Counted from the stretch's first letter, positions 28,111 to 42,423 are shown. The stretch is 64,000 nucleotides of DNA from Octopus vulgaris (GCA_951406725.2 OX597824.1:62434001-62498000); one strand, 5' to 3'. Made by a program: numbers and translations. Notes: generated from the letters alone by a model not told the origin.

Positions 28111-29065
28111 TACTCACACACGCATAGAGGTCTTCCTTACACACACACTCATACACACATGCGCATATACACACACTCATACTCATATATATTCATACGC
28201 AAGTACACATACTGATACATACACATATCCACGCACACACATCCTTACACGTACTCACACTTATATGTACACACACACGCACAGACACGTACACACACAT
28301 GTACGCCCACTCATACGCATTTATGCACACTCGCACACATATACACACGCTTAGCTACACCAACCCACACATACCCGCTCCATCTCACCCATCTCTCCGT
28401 CTCACGCATACTCCCGCGTATGCATACACACGCACGCATATGCGCACACATACACCCACGTATATATACGTCAGTTCCACACACACTCACCTCACATGCA
28501 CATATATACAGACATATATTCACATGTACACACACACACACACAGAAACATATATATATATATATATATATACAGAGTGACACAGACAGACACACACACA
28601 TAGACATACACACACATTCAAACTACGTCATACGCACATATGCAAACACAGGTACGCACAAGCACATACGCACACAAATACTATCACATACACATAGACA
28701 CAAAGGCGACTCACACAAACAAACATGCGCACAGATATTACCCCTCACACTACCCCAACACATGCACACACATACTGACCATGTTCACACCCTACTATTC
28801 CCAAAATTACCTTTTCAATGACTTTCTTCTTTCCGTCAGCTAAGCAATGTAACTACACGTGTGCCGTTGGCAATTTGTTTTCCGTCTTTGGCTTTTCCCT
28901 TTCTTCTTTTCGATGAAAAGCTATGCTCGAAATGTCAAACTCTCTCCTTTGACCGAGCGGCATGCTAATACATTTACTTGTGTACGCCCTCACGTTCGTT
29001 ACTCGTCTGATTTTCGTTTTCGTTTTTTATTCCTTTATTTAAATTGTTTGTTCATTTGAATTGGA
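28110..29065 (+). mobile_element. CA-rich low-complexity tract plus PLE-like terminus
   Basis: Degenerate (CA/TA)n at 28110-28790, similar in character to 48290-49310, followed by a hammerhead-like motif and (TA)n. Confidence 0.45.
28907..28940 (+). ncRNA. Degenerate minimal hammerhead-like motif
   Basis: ttt-TCGATGA-A-AAGC-tat-GCTC-GAAA-TGTC-aaa: core spacing, stem II and GUC triplet present; C3/U4 altered. Confidence 0.45.
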
Positions 29066-29082
29066 TATTTATATATATATAT

Positions 29083-29135
29083 AAAGGCGGTGTTCCAGCA
29101 TGGCAGCAGTCAAATGACTGAATCAAGTAAAAGAG
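29083..29135 (+). mobile_element. 3' stub of the CORE-like SINE in (TA)n
   Basis: aaaggcggtgttccagcatggcagcagtcaaatgactgaatcaagtaaaagag matches the reverse complement of 61709-61761. Confidence 0.8.
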
Positions 29136-30019
29136 TATAAATATATATATATATACACATATATGTGTGTGTATGTTAGTGTCCGTGTGTGTGTGTGTAC
29201 ATCTTTCTATGCCAATGAGTTTTATATAAGTTCTTGTATAAGCCGGTCATTAGAAGAGGGACGAAATTTTGTGAGTTTAGAGAGTCCCCGGTGTTTGTAA
29301 ATATGTGTTTTAGTTGGTGAGTTGGTCGAGATAGCCATTCACGCACTGAAGTGTGTGCATCTATTCATCTACAAAATCGAAAATAGAGGATCTAGAGGAT
29401 CTTTAGAAAGTTTTACATGTCTTAATAGCAGTCCAAACTTGACTCTAAAACCACATGTATGTAATTATGTATGTATGCATTTATGTATGTGTGTATGTAT
29501 AAATGAATATACAGAGTTGAACACCGAGAATGATTGTATTAAAAATATCGCAGTGTGCAAATGGATATTGTCAATTCTCGTTTAAATCAAATGTATTGCA
29601 ATGCGTGTCGACTGACTAGCCCATTTCGAGAGAGTTGTTCAGTAGGACAGAATATATAACTTCCGGAAATGGGGCTTGGCCTGGTAATATCAACAAACGA
29701 GAAAGTGCTCAATTTCTTAACATGGTAGTTAAAAAATTAAGTACTTCTCCCACTTGTTGAGAGAAAAATGAATGAGATGAATAAGTGCTACTGTCCAGCG
29801 TATTTCCCGGAACGTCGAGTATGTCCTAACGTAATGAAGCTATTCTCAGTAGGTAGCTGATTGCCGGAGGATAGAGCTGGGAGAGGCCACTTGTCAGTAC
29901 AAATGTGCGCAGTTCCTCGAGAGTTCTTAGGTGAATGTCTGTGTACTCTTTCATTTGCAATTATGAGTTCATACTATTGTCTTGCAAGCATCTACTATTC
30001 TATTATGTAAATAGCCTTG

Positions 30020-30238
30020 AAGTGGCGAGCTGGCAGAATCGTTAGCACGCCGGGCGAAATGCGTAGCCGTATTTCGTCTGCCGTTACGTTCTGAGTTCAA
30101 ATTCCCTCGCGGTTGACTTTGCCTTTCATCCTTTCGGCATCGATAAAATGAGTACCAGTTACGCACTGGAGTCGTTGTAATTGACTTCATCATTTCCTTC
30201 AAAATTTGAGGCCTTGTGCTTCCAGTAGAAAAGATTAT
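30020..30238 (+). mobile_element. Meta-domain tRNA SINE (monomer)
   Basis: ggcgagctggcagaatcgttag head, B box GAGTTCAAATTCC, Meta core gcctttcatcctttcggcatcgataaaatgagtaccag. Confidence 0.9.
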
Positions 30239-30417
30239 GTAAGTAGCATAGTGTTTGTAATCAGTCCAGGCAATACCTCTTCATCTACCAACCCCCTGGT
30301 AAGATATACAAAAACGTTATAATGATTATTGGTTTGTGGTTTTGTTCATGTTTATTGAAATCGGCGACAATGATGAGAAGGATTATACATATAATTACTA
30401 GTAGTATCTTTATAATA

Positions 30418-30479
<62 letters not shown>

Positions 30480-30652
30480 TATAACTTTTCTTTTGAAATT
30501 GGTGTGTTGTTGTTATGTTGTATTAACTGACAAAGGTTTATAATTTATCCTTTGAAGAATTAGAAATGTTTTCCTACTATATTATTATAGTTTTCCGATA
30601 CTATATTGTGTTGTTCAAATATATATCTTTACTTCAATATTTTCGCATTTTT

Positions 30653-31049
30653 AAGGCGGCGAGCTGGCAGAAACGTTAGCACGCCGGGCGAAATGCATAG
30701 CCGTATTTCGTCTGAAGTTACGGTCTGAGTTCAAATTCCACCGAGGTCGACTTTGCCTTTCATCCTTTCGGGGTTGATAAATTAAGTACCAGTTACACAC
30801 TGGGGTCGATGTAATCGACTTAATCCGTTTGTCTGTCCTTGTTTGTGCCCTCTGTGTTTTGCCGCTTGTGGGTAGTAAAGAAATAGATATTTCGTCTGAT
30901 TTTATATTCTGAGTTCAGATTCCGCCGAAATCAACTTTGCCTTTAATCCTTTTGGGGTCGATAAATTAAATACCAGTTGTGTACTAGGGACGATCTAATT
31001 GACTGGCACCCTCTCCCAAAATCTCGGACCTTGACTAGAAAAGAATATT
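30653..31049 (+). mobile_element. Meta-domain tRNA SINE (duplicated body)
   Basis: Same head; the B-box+Meta unit occurs twice (~30705-30810 and ~30888-31000). Confidence 0.9.
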
Positions 31050-34000
31050 TTTGCATTTTTGTTTTACGTTTACGCAATATCTACACGCTTTCTAGATCAA
31101 TCTCAGTGATCAGCATTTGGGGCAAGTGTTGTTTTCTGTCATTATTCACCGGTCTACGAAAATCTTTCGACGAGAAATTCATTACACAAACATTATATAT
31201 AATTTGATCTGAGAAGTACTATCTTATCTTGAGCGTTTAACATACTCCAGCTTCTAGTTTAATATTTGCACGTGTTTTATGGAACATTTAGTTGAAAGTG
31301 CTGCGATGTAAATATTTAAGCCAAGTTTCCAGGCTAAGGATAACTTCTACTCCTTTGTAACTGACCATGGCAAGCCTACAAATTGTCACAAATGCTGCTG
31401 GTTGTCTTCTTTCTAATCCCTAAAAAGAAAGAAAGAAAGATAGAAGAAGCAGATAAACGAAAAACGCCCGCGAAGATATTCTCATTGCTACAAACAAACG
31501 TCATATTCTAATTTTAGTTTCTTTGAAACATGGCTAATAAAATTATCCTCATATCCTCACTACAGATTCTATCCTCGTTTTCTGTGTTATCAATATCGTT
31601 AACGTCAGTCTTCCTCATTTATTTCTTTCCAGTGTTGAAGGAGTCAGTGTCTGTAGCAGTAGCACATAGAGCTGATAGACATCAGATAATTTTTGAAATG
31701 AAAATAATCCAGCATAGTAACAGGGTTGCATTAATTCGTAGTAAATTTACGCTAATTCATTTTTAGCCAATGGAAAACCTACTTTCATATGTCAAAAAGA
31801 ATTTATTTTACATTGTAGACAACAGTAATATATTATTATAACTTAGTTTATCTTGGCAGCAAAGCAAGAAAGAAACATTATTTTTGGTAATAAGTAAGCA
31901 ATGTCAATCGTAATATTACCAAATATCTTCGCAACTTTAATGACTGTACTAGAAATAGCAATCAACATCCCTAAAATCACACCCTTTTCTTTTTAAAGGT
32001 CTTACATAATTTTCCCCAATGTGTAATTTGTTTGAATAGCAAACATAGATAGGATGGTTTTCATTCGCTGACGAACAAGTTCCAGCACAGATGAGGAAGG
32101 TCTAAACCACATCAACAACAATCAGCAATGTACGGTCCAAATTCGGTACCAAAACTCTTCAACGGATCAAATTAAATAATTCATTTTATCGGTCATTCTT
32201 AGGCCTCCTAATATTTCCCCCTGAATATTCATAAAATAATCAAAGGTAAACAATCGATTTCTTTGAAAAATGAGGATATTTACGAAAGGTCGGTGGTGAG
32301 TATTTTGAAATTTAGACATGATAGCCAAAAAATGGAGCCTATATTTGGATTTAGCATATCAAAAGAACATTCAAACCAGGCAAAAACGTCCATGGTAGCT
32401 ACATACCTGCTGGAATGTATTATTCATTTGGTTCATTTTTTTTATTAATGAATTAAAATATCATTAGCTGCTATTTCTTGCAGACTAAACGACAACATAT
32501 AAGGTTTCTCGCTGGCTCGCAATAGGGTTATGTTAATTTTGGTAAACACATTTTGCCTTTGACAATCAAAACGATTGATTGAGACTCAGAATCCATGAGC
32601 TGTAATGTGGAAAATATTTCCTATCCTTCACCACTTTAGCTATCATGTTTACATCATAGGCGTCAGCCTTGGTTATTTGAAAGATCTTTGCATCATTATT
32701 TGAACGATCGCTGGTACGTAGTAGATTCGAAATTTACGGGAATATATGTTGTTGCGGTTGTTTCGTGTTGCTGCTGATATTTTTGTTGTCGTTGTAGTTG
32801 TTTCGTTCTAGGTGAGCCCCGATAGAGTATGTTAACGATCATAGGACTTACTTTAATTTTTATTCTGCACTTTGTATATTTAAAGGTATAATGTACAATT
32901 AAACACACCATAGAGTTGTTCTGTTTCTAATACTGAGCGGTGAGAGTTTAGACAGAATTTCATGGATAATTCGCATATGTTGACCACCCATCCTGTTTCC
33001 TCAGATATGTTTATAAAGAAGTATAACAATAACATTTTATTGATTTACCCTTGTAAATACCTCATAAGTCATTGTCTCATAGTATAAAGGCAAAATGAAA
33101 ACTGAATTACATCCATGACACGCACATGTTTCTTTACGGAAACTTCCTGTAACTTAGTATAATGTATGGCAATATATTTTAGGAAAGAGAAATTTTAGGA
33201 CCACCTCACGAAAAATTATTAAATCAAGATGTGTTTGATGATTACGGCAACGACAGCGTAGACGACATCGACTATTATGATGAGTGCGACGATGAGGATG
33301 ACAACGACGGCAATGCTGATGATGATGAGGAGGATGATGACGAAGTAGAGTTAAGAATTAAAATCGCAGGGATTCTGCTCAGTTGGAAGATGGCAGAAAT
33401 TAGAAATTTTAATAAACCCTGTCTTATTTGAGTAACAGTAGAGTTATACTTATATTTGTGAATTATCATATCAGTGTTGTTGTTGTTGATCCTCTTATCG
33501 TTGTTGTTCCTGCTTTTTGACCCAGCATCATCCCTTAGCGATCAAATCATAATTGCCGCATCTTTTATGTAGGTACAGAAAACCGTGTATCATATTCTTC
33601 CACATGTCCTTTACTAACTCAGTAGGAAATGTTAATCTAAAATATATCTGGTTGCCTTTTCTTTCTTTTCTCTCCTTTTTTGGAGAGCAATTACGATATC
33701 ACGTCTTCCTCGTTGGTTCCAATTCCCTTTGTAATTCATAATGGATGTTGTCGTCTGTTTGTGGATAAGAAAATATTTTTAAAATGTTAGTATATTATAT
33801 GTAATATTAAAGGTGTTAAGGAACGCCTTAGAACCAAAGTCAATGGGCGCATGACATAACAACGACCAACATGTAAATTTTCAAAAGTTAAAACAGCCAT
33901 GCGTTGAAACAACAAGAACAAGAATAAGAAGAAAAAGAACAACAACAGTAACAACACCAATAACAGCGGCAGCAGCAACAACTCCAGCAAAAAACAAGGA

Positions 34001-34560
34001 TAAGAAAGAGTTAATTCAAAATGTATAAGGTTATGCTTTTATGATAAATATTATAACGGATAGTGTAGAAATGTCACTTTCCATGAAAGATAGCACTATA
34101 TTATAAAACACATTATCAAAGGATTTCTGGAGATAGAAATTTAATGTTGTTTATCATGAAAATTGCCTGTTGGCATTAATATGGGAAAATATATTTTGAA
34201 ATACTGACAAATAGACACACACACACACTCATGCATACGCACACTCCCACACTCGCATACACTTACGCACACAGACAAAAACGCACACAAACAAATATAC
34301 ACACAAGTGGTATCGCAAAAATATATAAGTGCACAAGGTAGTCATGATTATTCCCATATATATAGATACTAGTAAAGAAACTGTGTTTACATATGTATAT
34401 ACATACACACGCATATATATATATATAAATATACATATGTTTATTCATACGTGTATGCGTGTCTATGTTTGTAAAGTGTTCAGGCGTGAAGTGTGTGTAT
34501 ACGTATATGATACGATTGAAACAAGAATGATAAATGTACTTGACTTTAATTTTATGTATA

Positions 34561-34591
<31 letters not shown>

Positions 34592-35020
34592 GTAAAAGTA
34601 AGTTTATATGTACGTATGTGTATTACCTCCAACGAATAAATATATACTTTAGCTAGAAGCATGTTTCTCTACTGCTGGGAATTTAGTATAACTTAACGCC
34701 ATCCCTATTACATATGATAATAATTGTGAAGTTGGTAAATATTTTCCACTGGAGTCTGATATTCACTATTTCTTTTGAACTATATTGGTAACTGACATAT
34801 GTACCAGTGTGTGTGTATGTGTGTACATATATGTATATATATATGTGTGTATATATGCATATATGTATGCGTGTATGTATGTACGCATGTATGTATGTAT
34901 GTATGTATGTATGTATTATGTATGTATGTATGCATGTATGTATGTATGAATATCTTATGGCAGAGACAGAATTTATACAAGGCAAAATATGATTCTGTAT
35001 AAGATGAGAGAGGAGGATAC

Positions 35021-35050
35021 GAAGAAAGAGAAGAAGAAGAAGAAGAAGAA

Positions 35051-35109
<59 letters not shown>

Positions 35110-35164
35110 AGAAGAAGAAGAAGAAGAAGAAGAAGAAGAAGAAGAAGAAGAAGAAGAAGAAGAA

Positions 35165-35196
<32 letters not shown>

Positions 35197-35199
35197 AGG
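35021..35199 (+). repeat. (GAA)n microsatellite, ~180 bp
   Basis: Near-perfect GAA triplets; source of the poly-K and poly-F ORFs. Confidence 0.97.
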
Positions 35200-35849
35200 A
35201 ACTTTTATGTATCTTAGCTTCTCTTAAGCGTTGAAATGTATGAAAAGATGTGTTTTGAAACATGGAATAAAGAAGAAACATTTCAATATGTTATTCATTT
35301 CGTTAAATGTTTCAGCTTTCTCGACTTTAATGTTATTTCATATATCGATCTGTATCAAAGCTGCGTCGACCACTAGTTTTGAGAAACAACCTAATCGATT
35401 ACATTGACATGTGTAATTTACTTGTAATATATATGATCGACCACAAAAGTATGAAATTCAAAGTAGGTCTAAGTGAAATATATACATATTCAGGCACAAC
35501 GTATTTTTGTTTACCGAATCTATCAAACTGTTGCACTTGCTTTGTAGTAAATTATCAACGGAAAATGCGTAGGATAACGAGCTGAACTGTTATGTTGGTG
35601 GCTCTTTTGCTACTGATTGCTATGAGCATTGATGTGTTCGGATTCCAGCTGACATTCTAGCAATGACATTAGCGTTTAACCATGCAAGTGACCTACAGTC
35701 ACGTGTACGGAGAATATTCCCCTGGAGTGAAAAATGCATGACATAATGTGATAAGGCTTTCAATTACACAGTCAGCGAAAAGAGAGGTGAAACAGGAGAC
35801 AACGTGGAGGACGGGGAGAAAAACTTCCAATCTACTACTAACGATAATA

Positions 35850-36028
35850 AAAATAGTCGTTTCTATTATTGGCAAAAAGCCTGAAATTTGTTGGGAAATG
35901 CATAGTCGTTTTAAATGACCACTGTACAAAGTACAACCTCAGCCACGGTTTAATTCAGAACGTACAGAGCCGGACGAATTGCTGCTAGATATTTTGTCCG
36001 CCGCAGCAACGCTTTTACCATCTCACCT
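35850..36028 (-). mobile_element. Old Meta-SINE remnant
   Basis: Reverse complement aggtgagatggtaaaagcgttg...tacgttctgaattaaa is colinear with the 30020 family. Confidence 0.55.
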
Positions 36029-36052
36029 AATAATAATAATAATAATAATAAT

Positions 36053-36122
36053 AATATTCTGCTCAGTACCACAGATTTGCTTCGCCGTTGCTTGACCTTA
36101 ACCAGTTGAACATGTCTCTTAG
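36053..36122 (+). mobile_element. 'Element A' internal fragment
   Basis: aatattctgctcagtaccacagatttgctt...gaccttaaccagttgaacatgtc matches the reverse complement of ~6118-6186. Confidence 0.8.
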
Positions 36123-36345
36123 CACATGTAAAAGATTGTGCTAAAATCTTCTGCCCACACCCTTACAAAAGCTCTATCAGTATAAATGTCTGTGTTGTAG
36201 TACATGAAGATATATCGCTACTGCCCCTGCCACTTTCCCTCCCCAAGCTTTCAGTTATGCTGTAATATCTCTGATCCTTAACTCGCCCTAGGACGCTGGG
36301 TGTGTCTCGGAAACTGACTGTAACAAACATGCATATTAAAAGTAA
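36123..36345 (+). mobile_element. Probable 3' end of another Dong-like LINE
   Basis: Start loosely resembles the GTVKI(C/V)K terminus at 58224-58250; runs directly into (AAT)n 36345-36518. Confidence 0.45.
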
Positions 36346-36371
36346 ATAATAATGATAATAATAATAATAAT

Positions 36372-36519
<148 letters not shown>

Positions 36520-36529
36520 TACATACATA

Positions 36530-36692
36530 CATAACATACAGAAAATTGCACTACTAGGCACTGCACACATCCTACGCAGAACACTTTCCATACAATAACC
36601 ATCAGAGCATCACAACAAATCACAGCACATACCCAAGGCACACAGAGCTGCGCTCGGTATTGAAGTGAAAGCACGCTATAAAAATAAAACTA

Positions 36693-36695
<3 letters not shown>
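36530..36695 (+). mobile_element. Dong family B 3' stub
   Basis: IQKIALLGTAHILRRTLSIQ* plus 3'UTR near-identical to the reverse complement of 23933-24095; followed by (AAT)n. Confidence 0.92.
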
Positions 36696-36757
<62 letters not shown>

Positions 36758-36758
<1 letters not shown>

Positions 36759-39700
36759 CCACAACATGTGCCATAGAAGACCGATATCCAACAGAAGAAC
36801 ACAACCTGCGCTTATAGAAGCAACGCACAATACAGAAACTAATACAACAGAAGACTCAAATCAAACTTCATAACAAAACCTACTGTTTCAATACGATATA
36901 CTCCACAAAAAATGCAGCACTTACTTCTACACTAGCATAAAGGTGTAACAAAAAAATGCGATTTTAAGTTGCTTGAAACTTTAAGATGTCGAAATATAAT
37001 GGTGGTGCTGACGCTGGTGGCGAACATTACCTTACTTCAGTTTATGAAGCAAGACCATTGAGGGAAAGCTTCTCGCTTCGCGGTGGTTCAGTAAAAATGC
37101 AGGCTGACCACAGCTGCTATCCTAATACAGTATCAGCAGATAGTAGAGCACGGAGAAAACAAGATAGTGATGCAGTGCTACTTGGAAAGTGAAACTAAAA
37201 GAAGGGGCTATAGAAAGCTGATGTTAATACTTTGGAATGAGATGGGTATGTTTAAAGTGACTGACCAGAGACTAGTAGATCAAGCTAAATGCTACGAGAA
37301 AAAGAAAGTGGATGACAGAATTGGGGGTAGAAGAGATCACAAGAGAACTGGAAAAGAAAGACCAGGCAGTGGGAAAGACAAACAACAACATTAGAGATAC
37401 AGATCAAACCAAAGAAGAATCTGAAGGAGAAAAATGATAATAGCGTTACCATTAAGGAAGGGACAACTAGCACCAACGACTTAAGTGATTTAACTGAGGA
37501 AAATCAGAAATTTTTAGATGAGTTGCAGGACGTAATGAGTAAAGAAGTAAGAAAAATATTGCCAACATTAAAAGGCACCAACAGAAGAAAGCTGCTAGAA
37601 ATGACTAGGAAAGTAGATTCTGTTATCAGTAGGATAGATATTAAAAATATAGGAGACACCAACTCACTAATCTATGCAAGAGGGGTAGTAGTCACTAGAA
37701 GATTAGATATTTCACAGGGAAAGATTAAAAAGGAGCAAATGTGGAAAAGGAGACTGCAATATAAAGTGACGACTTTAAGACAAGATGTGCGTAGAATAGA
37801 AGCCTGGAAACTTAAAAAGTTGGGAAACGCAAGATGCAAATCGTTCGTCAGGAAAAGGTATTTAGTCAAAGAGAAAGGATTTGTAATAGATGAGTTGAAG
37901 CAACGTATCATAGTAGGCAAATTCTCCAGATATCCGAAAAGTATAGATGAGTATCAACAGCTTAGATTATTTTAGCAGACCAGAAGAGAGTTTATAACCA
38001 GTATGAAAAGGTTTGAATAGAAGGAAGTTGGTAGATATGCCTAGGAAATTGGAGTCTGTTATAAAGAGGATACATACGAAAAATATTGGTCACACTAATT
38101 TGTTGAAATATACAGGAGATGTAAAATTTATCCCAGGATTAGGCATTCCTCGAAGAAAGATCAGGGAGGGTGCAGATGTGGAGATGGAGACCAGAAAATA
38201 AAGTGTGGACTTTAAGACAAAGTGCAAGTAGAATAGAAATGTGGAAACTGAATAAGTTAGAAAACAAAAGACTTAAATCGTCTCTTGAGAAAAGTTACTT
38301 TGTCAAAGATAAATGATTTGGGGCAGCCGTCGAAGGGTTGAAACAGCAGGTAAGCTTTCCCCATACCAGAAAATTGTGGATCAGTACCAACAGAACAGAT
38401 TGTTTTGAGACAAAACGGTGGGGATTTTTATCGCGAAATAAATAGGAGCGAAGAAACTACTGAAGATGAGAAGCCTAATGCACGAGAAGCTAGAAAGTTC
38501 TGGAGTAACAGTTGGGACAAGCCAGCCAATCATAATAGAGATGCATCATAATTTTAAAAAAGGGAGAGAAGAAATTTGTGAGAAGCAACCCGATTTTAGA
38601 CTAACTAGTGTTAATGGGTGAAGTGCTAAAAAGAATGCTGAAGGGCCAAAGACCAGATTCAGTGCAAGTGTATGTACAGCTTAAAGAAATTTAGGAGCTT
38701 ATAGGTGAGGCCGAGGGAACAACGTGGGGAGTACCTGAATGAAGGAGTCATATCTAATTGGGAGATTAGAGAGAGAACAGTTCTCTTTATGAAAAGAGAA
38801 AAGCAAAGGCAATATAAGTAATATTATATAGACCAATCGTTTGTTTACCATTAGTGTAGAACCCGTTAACAAGAATGCTCTCAGTAAACATATACGAGTA
38901 TCTTGAATGACAGAAATTGCTGCCAGAAGAACAAAAGGTTACAGCAAGAAGGCCACAGGAAGGCATGACCTATTATACATAGACAAAGCAGTTCTAAAAG
39001 AAGTTAAATCTAGAAAGAAATGTTGAACAACAACATGGATAGATTATAGGAAGTCTTAGGACGTGATTTTACACTCAGGATACGTGAATGTTTCAGTACC
39101 TTCAGTACTGGAGACAAGTTGAGAGAGATAATTATCTATAGTATGAAGAACTGGAAATTAGATCTCTCCTCAGGTGACACAGACTTAGTGAAAGTTAGTA
39201 TCAAGATAGGAATTTTACAAGTAGAATCGTTAAGCCCTTTAACATTTCTGTTATGATTAATTCCACTTAGTTTAGAATTAAGAGAGGCAAAGGCAAGCTA
39301 TTCGTTCAGAAATAGTAAAAGAAGATATAATCCTTTGCTCAAAATGGGTGATCTGAAGCGTTTTATTAAGGATATGAAAGATATTCTTTTATACAAACGG
39401 TATAGACATCTAGATGTATTACACCCTGAAATGAAAGCGAAACTTGAGAAGGAGTACATCATAAGGGTGAAGAAGCTAATGGAGTCAAATCTAAATTGTC
39501 CGAATCTATTGAAGGCTGTAAATACTTGGGCAATATCGTTATGTAGATATTCTATAGTTTTCACAGATTGGACAACTTTAGTCAAAACTAAGAAGGAATT
39601 CAATATGACTGGAGGACTTCACCCAAGAGTAGCATTAGCAAGATTATACTTACCTAGAGAAGAAGATGGTAGATGTCTAATACCAGTAGAAGGCTGCGTA

Positions 39701-39910
39701 GAGTTAAGAAGAGTAGATACAGCCTCCTATGTAGGTAATAGGGAAGAAAGTTTACTAAGATCTGCGAGAGTAACAGTGGGAGATAGGGAAACCAAAGAAC
39801 CCAAATGAAGTTAAAAAACAGAGAAAATAATAAAGATTATCTAACTGGCAAGAGAAGACTTTGCATGGCAGATACCCAAAGATAGATTCAGGAAATGACA
39901 ATAGTGAAGT
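36758..39910 (+). mobile_element. Dong/R4 LINE (family D), 5' region and RT, heavily decayed
   Basis: RGYRKLMLILW, WKRRLQ, YRPIVCLPL (~38828), LLPEEQKG, WIDYRKS, GILQVESLSPL, MGDLK, KAVNTWAISLCRYS, GLHPR..ARLYLPR. Starts after (AAT)n. Confidence 0.85.
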
Positions 39911-40745
39911 ATGGTTATGTATGCAGAAAGGCCCTAGGAGTAGGCATCTCTCCTTCACATTCCCTCAGTATATTGTCACATACTCACTTCAGGTCAATTC
40001 ACATGAGACAACTTTGCCGTGTTCACCTAACTTTAACTAAAATTCTGGGAATGGGATGCAGCACTTCCCTTCCCACCCTGTCTCTCCTGTTCAAGTAGAA
40101 CTTCAATAGTCGATGAGATTTTGTTCACACAAGAGAGTGTCTATCTTCTGTCGTTTTCACCTCGCCATAATCAGCAGACTTTTACCATAATCAGTAGACA
40201 AAGGAAACCTGCCTGTCTGTCTGCCCTACCCGGCCAACAGAAGGCGGAAATGTGATCCTCATGATGCACTCGGCCAACAACCAGATCCGCCCTAATTGAG
40301 ATAACAGCTGTTCGACATATATCCACAAGTCAGCAATGCCCGATCACTAGACGAGCGCATGAAGCGTTTACTAGGTCCGCTGTAATCTCGGACAAGTTCG
40401 TGTGTGCCTGTAGACGTTATGTCGCACCAGCAGAGCTCACCAGTAACTCTGTCAGACCAGGGATTTCTGAAAATTATGCATAGGCTCCGGTTCGAAAATC
40501 CTCTAGTAAAACCGGTTAATTGATATTCCCCGATTCCCAACGAATCGATGAAAACTTAATCGTTTTCCCCCGCCAATAATCCTCTTTAGAAGTTGAAGGT
40601 GGAACTTCCTCCCTGGAGTCCTATATGGGCTTAGTGACAGGCAATATGATCTCCATAGAATTCTGTTTAACAAATGATGACCACCCATTCTACCCACCAA
40701 AGAAACGCTAGTGGGATAACAGCCTCAGCATGTTCGCGTATCATT
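39910..40745 (-). mobile_element. L1/Tx1-like LINE ORF2 3' fragment
   Basis: Minus frame with stops: NFQKSLV*QSYW*ALLVRHNVYRH..TCPR....TLHALV**SGIADLWIYVEQLLS, resembling the zf-RVT region. GC-richer than flanks. Confidence 0.6.
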
Positions 40746-41165
40746 AGCCAAAGCATGTCCAATAATCCATGCAGCATCTGCTAACACTAAATGGAAGAAT
40801 TTCAAAGACTACTATTCTTGGGAACTGCTCATACAGGACGAACAATACTGTATGCGTAATTCTAAAAACAAGTTTAATCTGTAAACATTGCAACAGTACT
40901 TTTAAATGTACACAAAAGCAGATATCTTTCACCATCATTTTCAGATTACACAACATTTGAAACAAAATCTTAATTGCCTTATGTTTGCTAGACATTCTCT
41001 AGAACATACAATGTACAAATTCAAAAACATGGCAGATATCAACCAGCTTAATCATAATAAAGATTGAACATCTAACTCATTGCGACTTGAGGTCTCTAGA
41101 TGAAACTCGGAACCAACTTATATAAACAGAAAGCAAAATCCAAACATAAAGTAATAATAATACTA
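40745..41165 (+). mobile_element. Dong-like LINE 3' end (family E)
   Basis: atggaagaatttcaaag...ggaactgctcata (MEE.Q...GTAH). Terminus aaagcaaaatccaaacataa-(TAA)n resembles the stub at 23105-23160. Confidence 0.65.
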
Positions 41166-42221
41166 ATACATTCATATTTTGGGGCAAGGTCAGCAATCAC
41201 AAGTCATATGAACGGTCACACCATGGATATGTTTCAGAGGTACTTCATACATATATTCAAATAATTCGGCTGGTCGAGTACAGATACCAGAAAGTTGACC
41301 ACGATTGACTTTCTAATCGTGAGCCTAGGCCTGAAAATGGGTAAGTACTAACCCGATAAGAGAAAATGGTATACATTCACAGAAGGTTGATACGAAATGA
41401 TTGATAAGTACGGGAATGTAAGAACGTTTTCTGCAACATCCCGGCACAAAATCCGCAAACATTCCGGTGTTTTTATTTTCTAGCTATATTTTATGTAGGA
41501 AGATTGCTGGTTCTTAAGCTTAGTAATACTACTTAAATATATTAAAATTACTTACAGTATATGTAGAAAGGCTTTTACATAAAAAAATTGCCGATATTTT
41601 ATAGTGAGATCTAATGTAGAAATAAAAGAGAAACAAACTAAACAGAAATCCAGTAATTTAATATTATCGCAGACTTTCAAGAGAAATGATATGTCTAATT
41701 AAATATATTAAGTAATAAGCACTCTTATGATTTGAAATCGATGTTCCGTTTCTTTTATTATTTGTTTACATTACGTCTGGAAACGATATGCTTAATTTTA
41801 GATTGTGGTATGATAAATGAAATTATATTTTTCTGAAATGCACAAATGTCCATTTAGATTAGTTACAATAGTTACAATATTTACAGAGATTTCAAATATT
41901 GAATGAACAATAAAAAAAAATTCAGAAAACAATGTCGAAAATTATTAACGCATACTTGATATTACATAAATATTAATGCATAACGTTTTATATCTGTATA
42001 GCTGTACAGAATTTATTGTATACATTGTCTCTTCTGTTTACAGTTTTTAGAAAATTATTAGATTTTTGCATCTATTTTTGTTTTCCCAAAACATCATTTT
42101 GCAATACATGTAGAAAATTATTATTTACAACTTTTAGTTGTCAAATAAATATTTCGTTTCAAAGTAACTCTATAAATAGTAAAAGATAGAGCCGTACAAT
42201 AAAAAATATCATGATACTATA

Positions 42222-42265
<44 letters not shown>

Positions 42266-42423
42266 CAGTATTAATAAAATAGATGGAATGAGTATTTTAT
42301 TAATTCTGTTACCCCAACCGCCACTACGATGTTTCTGCAATAAATCTACAGATAACAACAGGTAATCGAAACTGTGCCGGTGCTTTACTCATTATCTATT
42401 TATACATTTGGTATAATTTCTCC

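Noticed and set aside
29600-29990. Possible RTE-like LINE remnants (also ~12400-13330) and a DNA-transposon end at ~32100-32420
   Set aside because: Too decayed to support a specific call by eye.
33231-33431. Acidic Asp-rich ORF
   Set aside because: Degenerate (GAT/GAC)n microsatellite.
34973-35281. Poly-K / poly-F ORFs
   Set aside because: (GAA)n tract.
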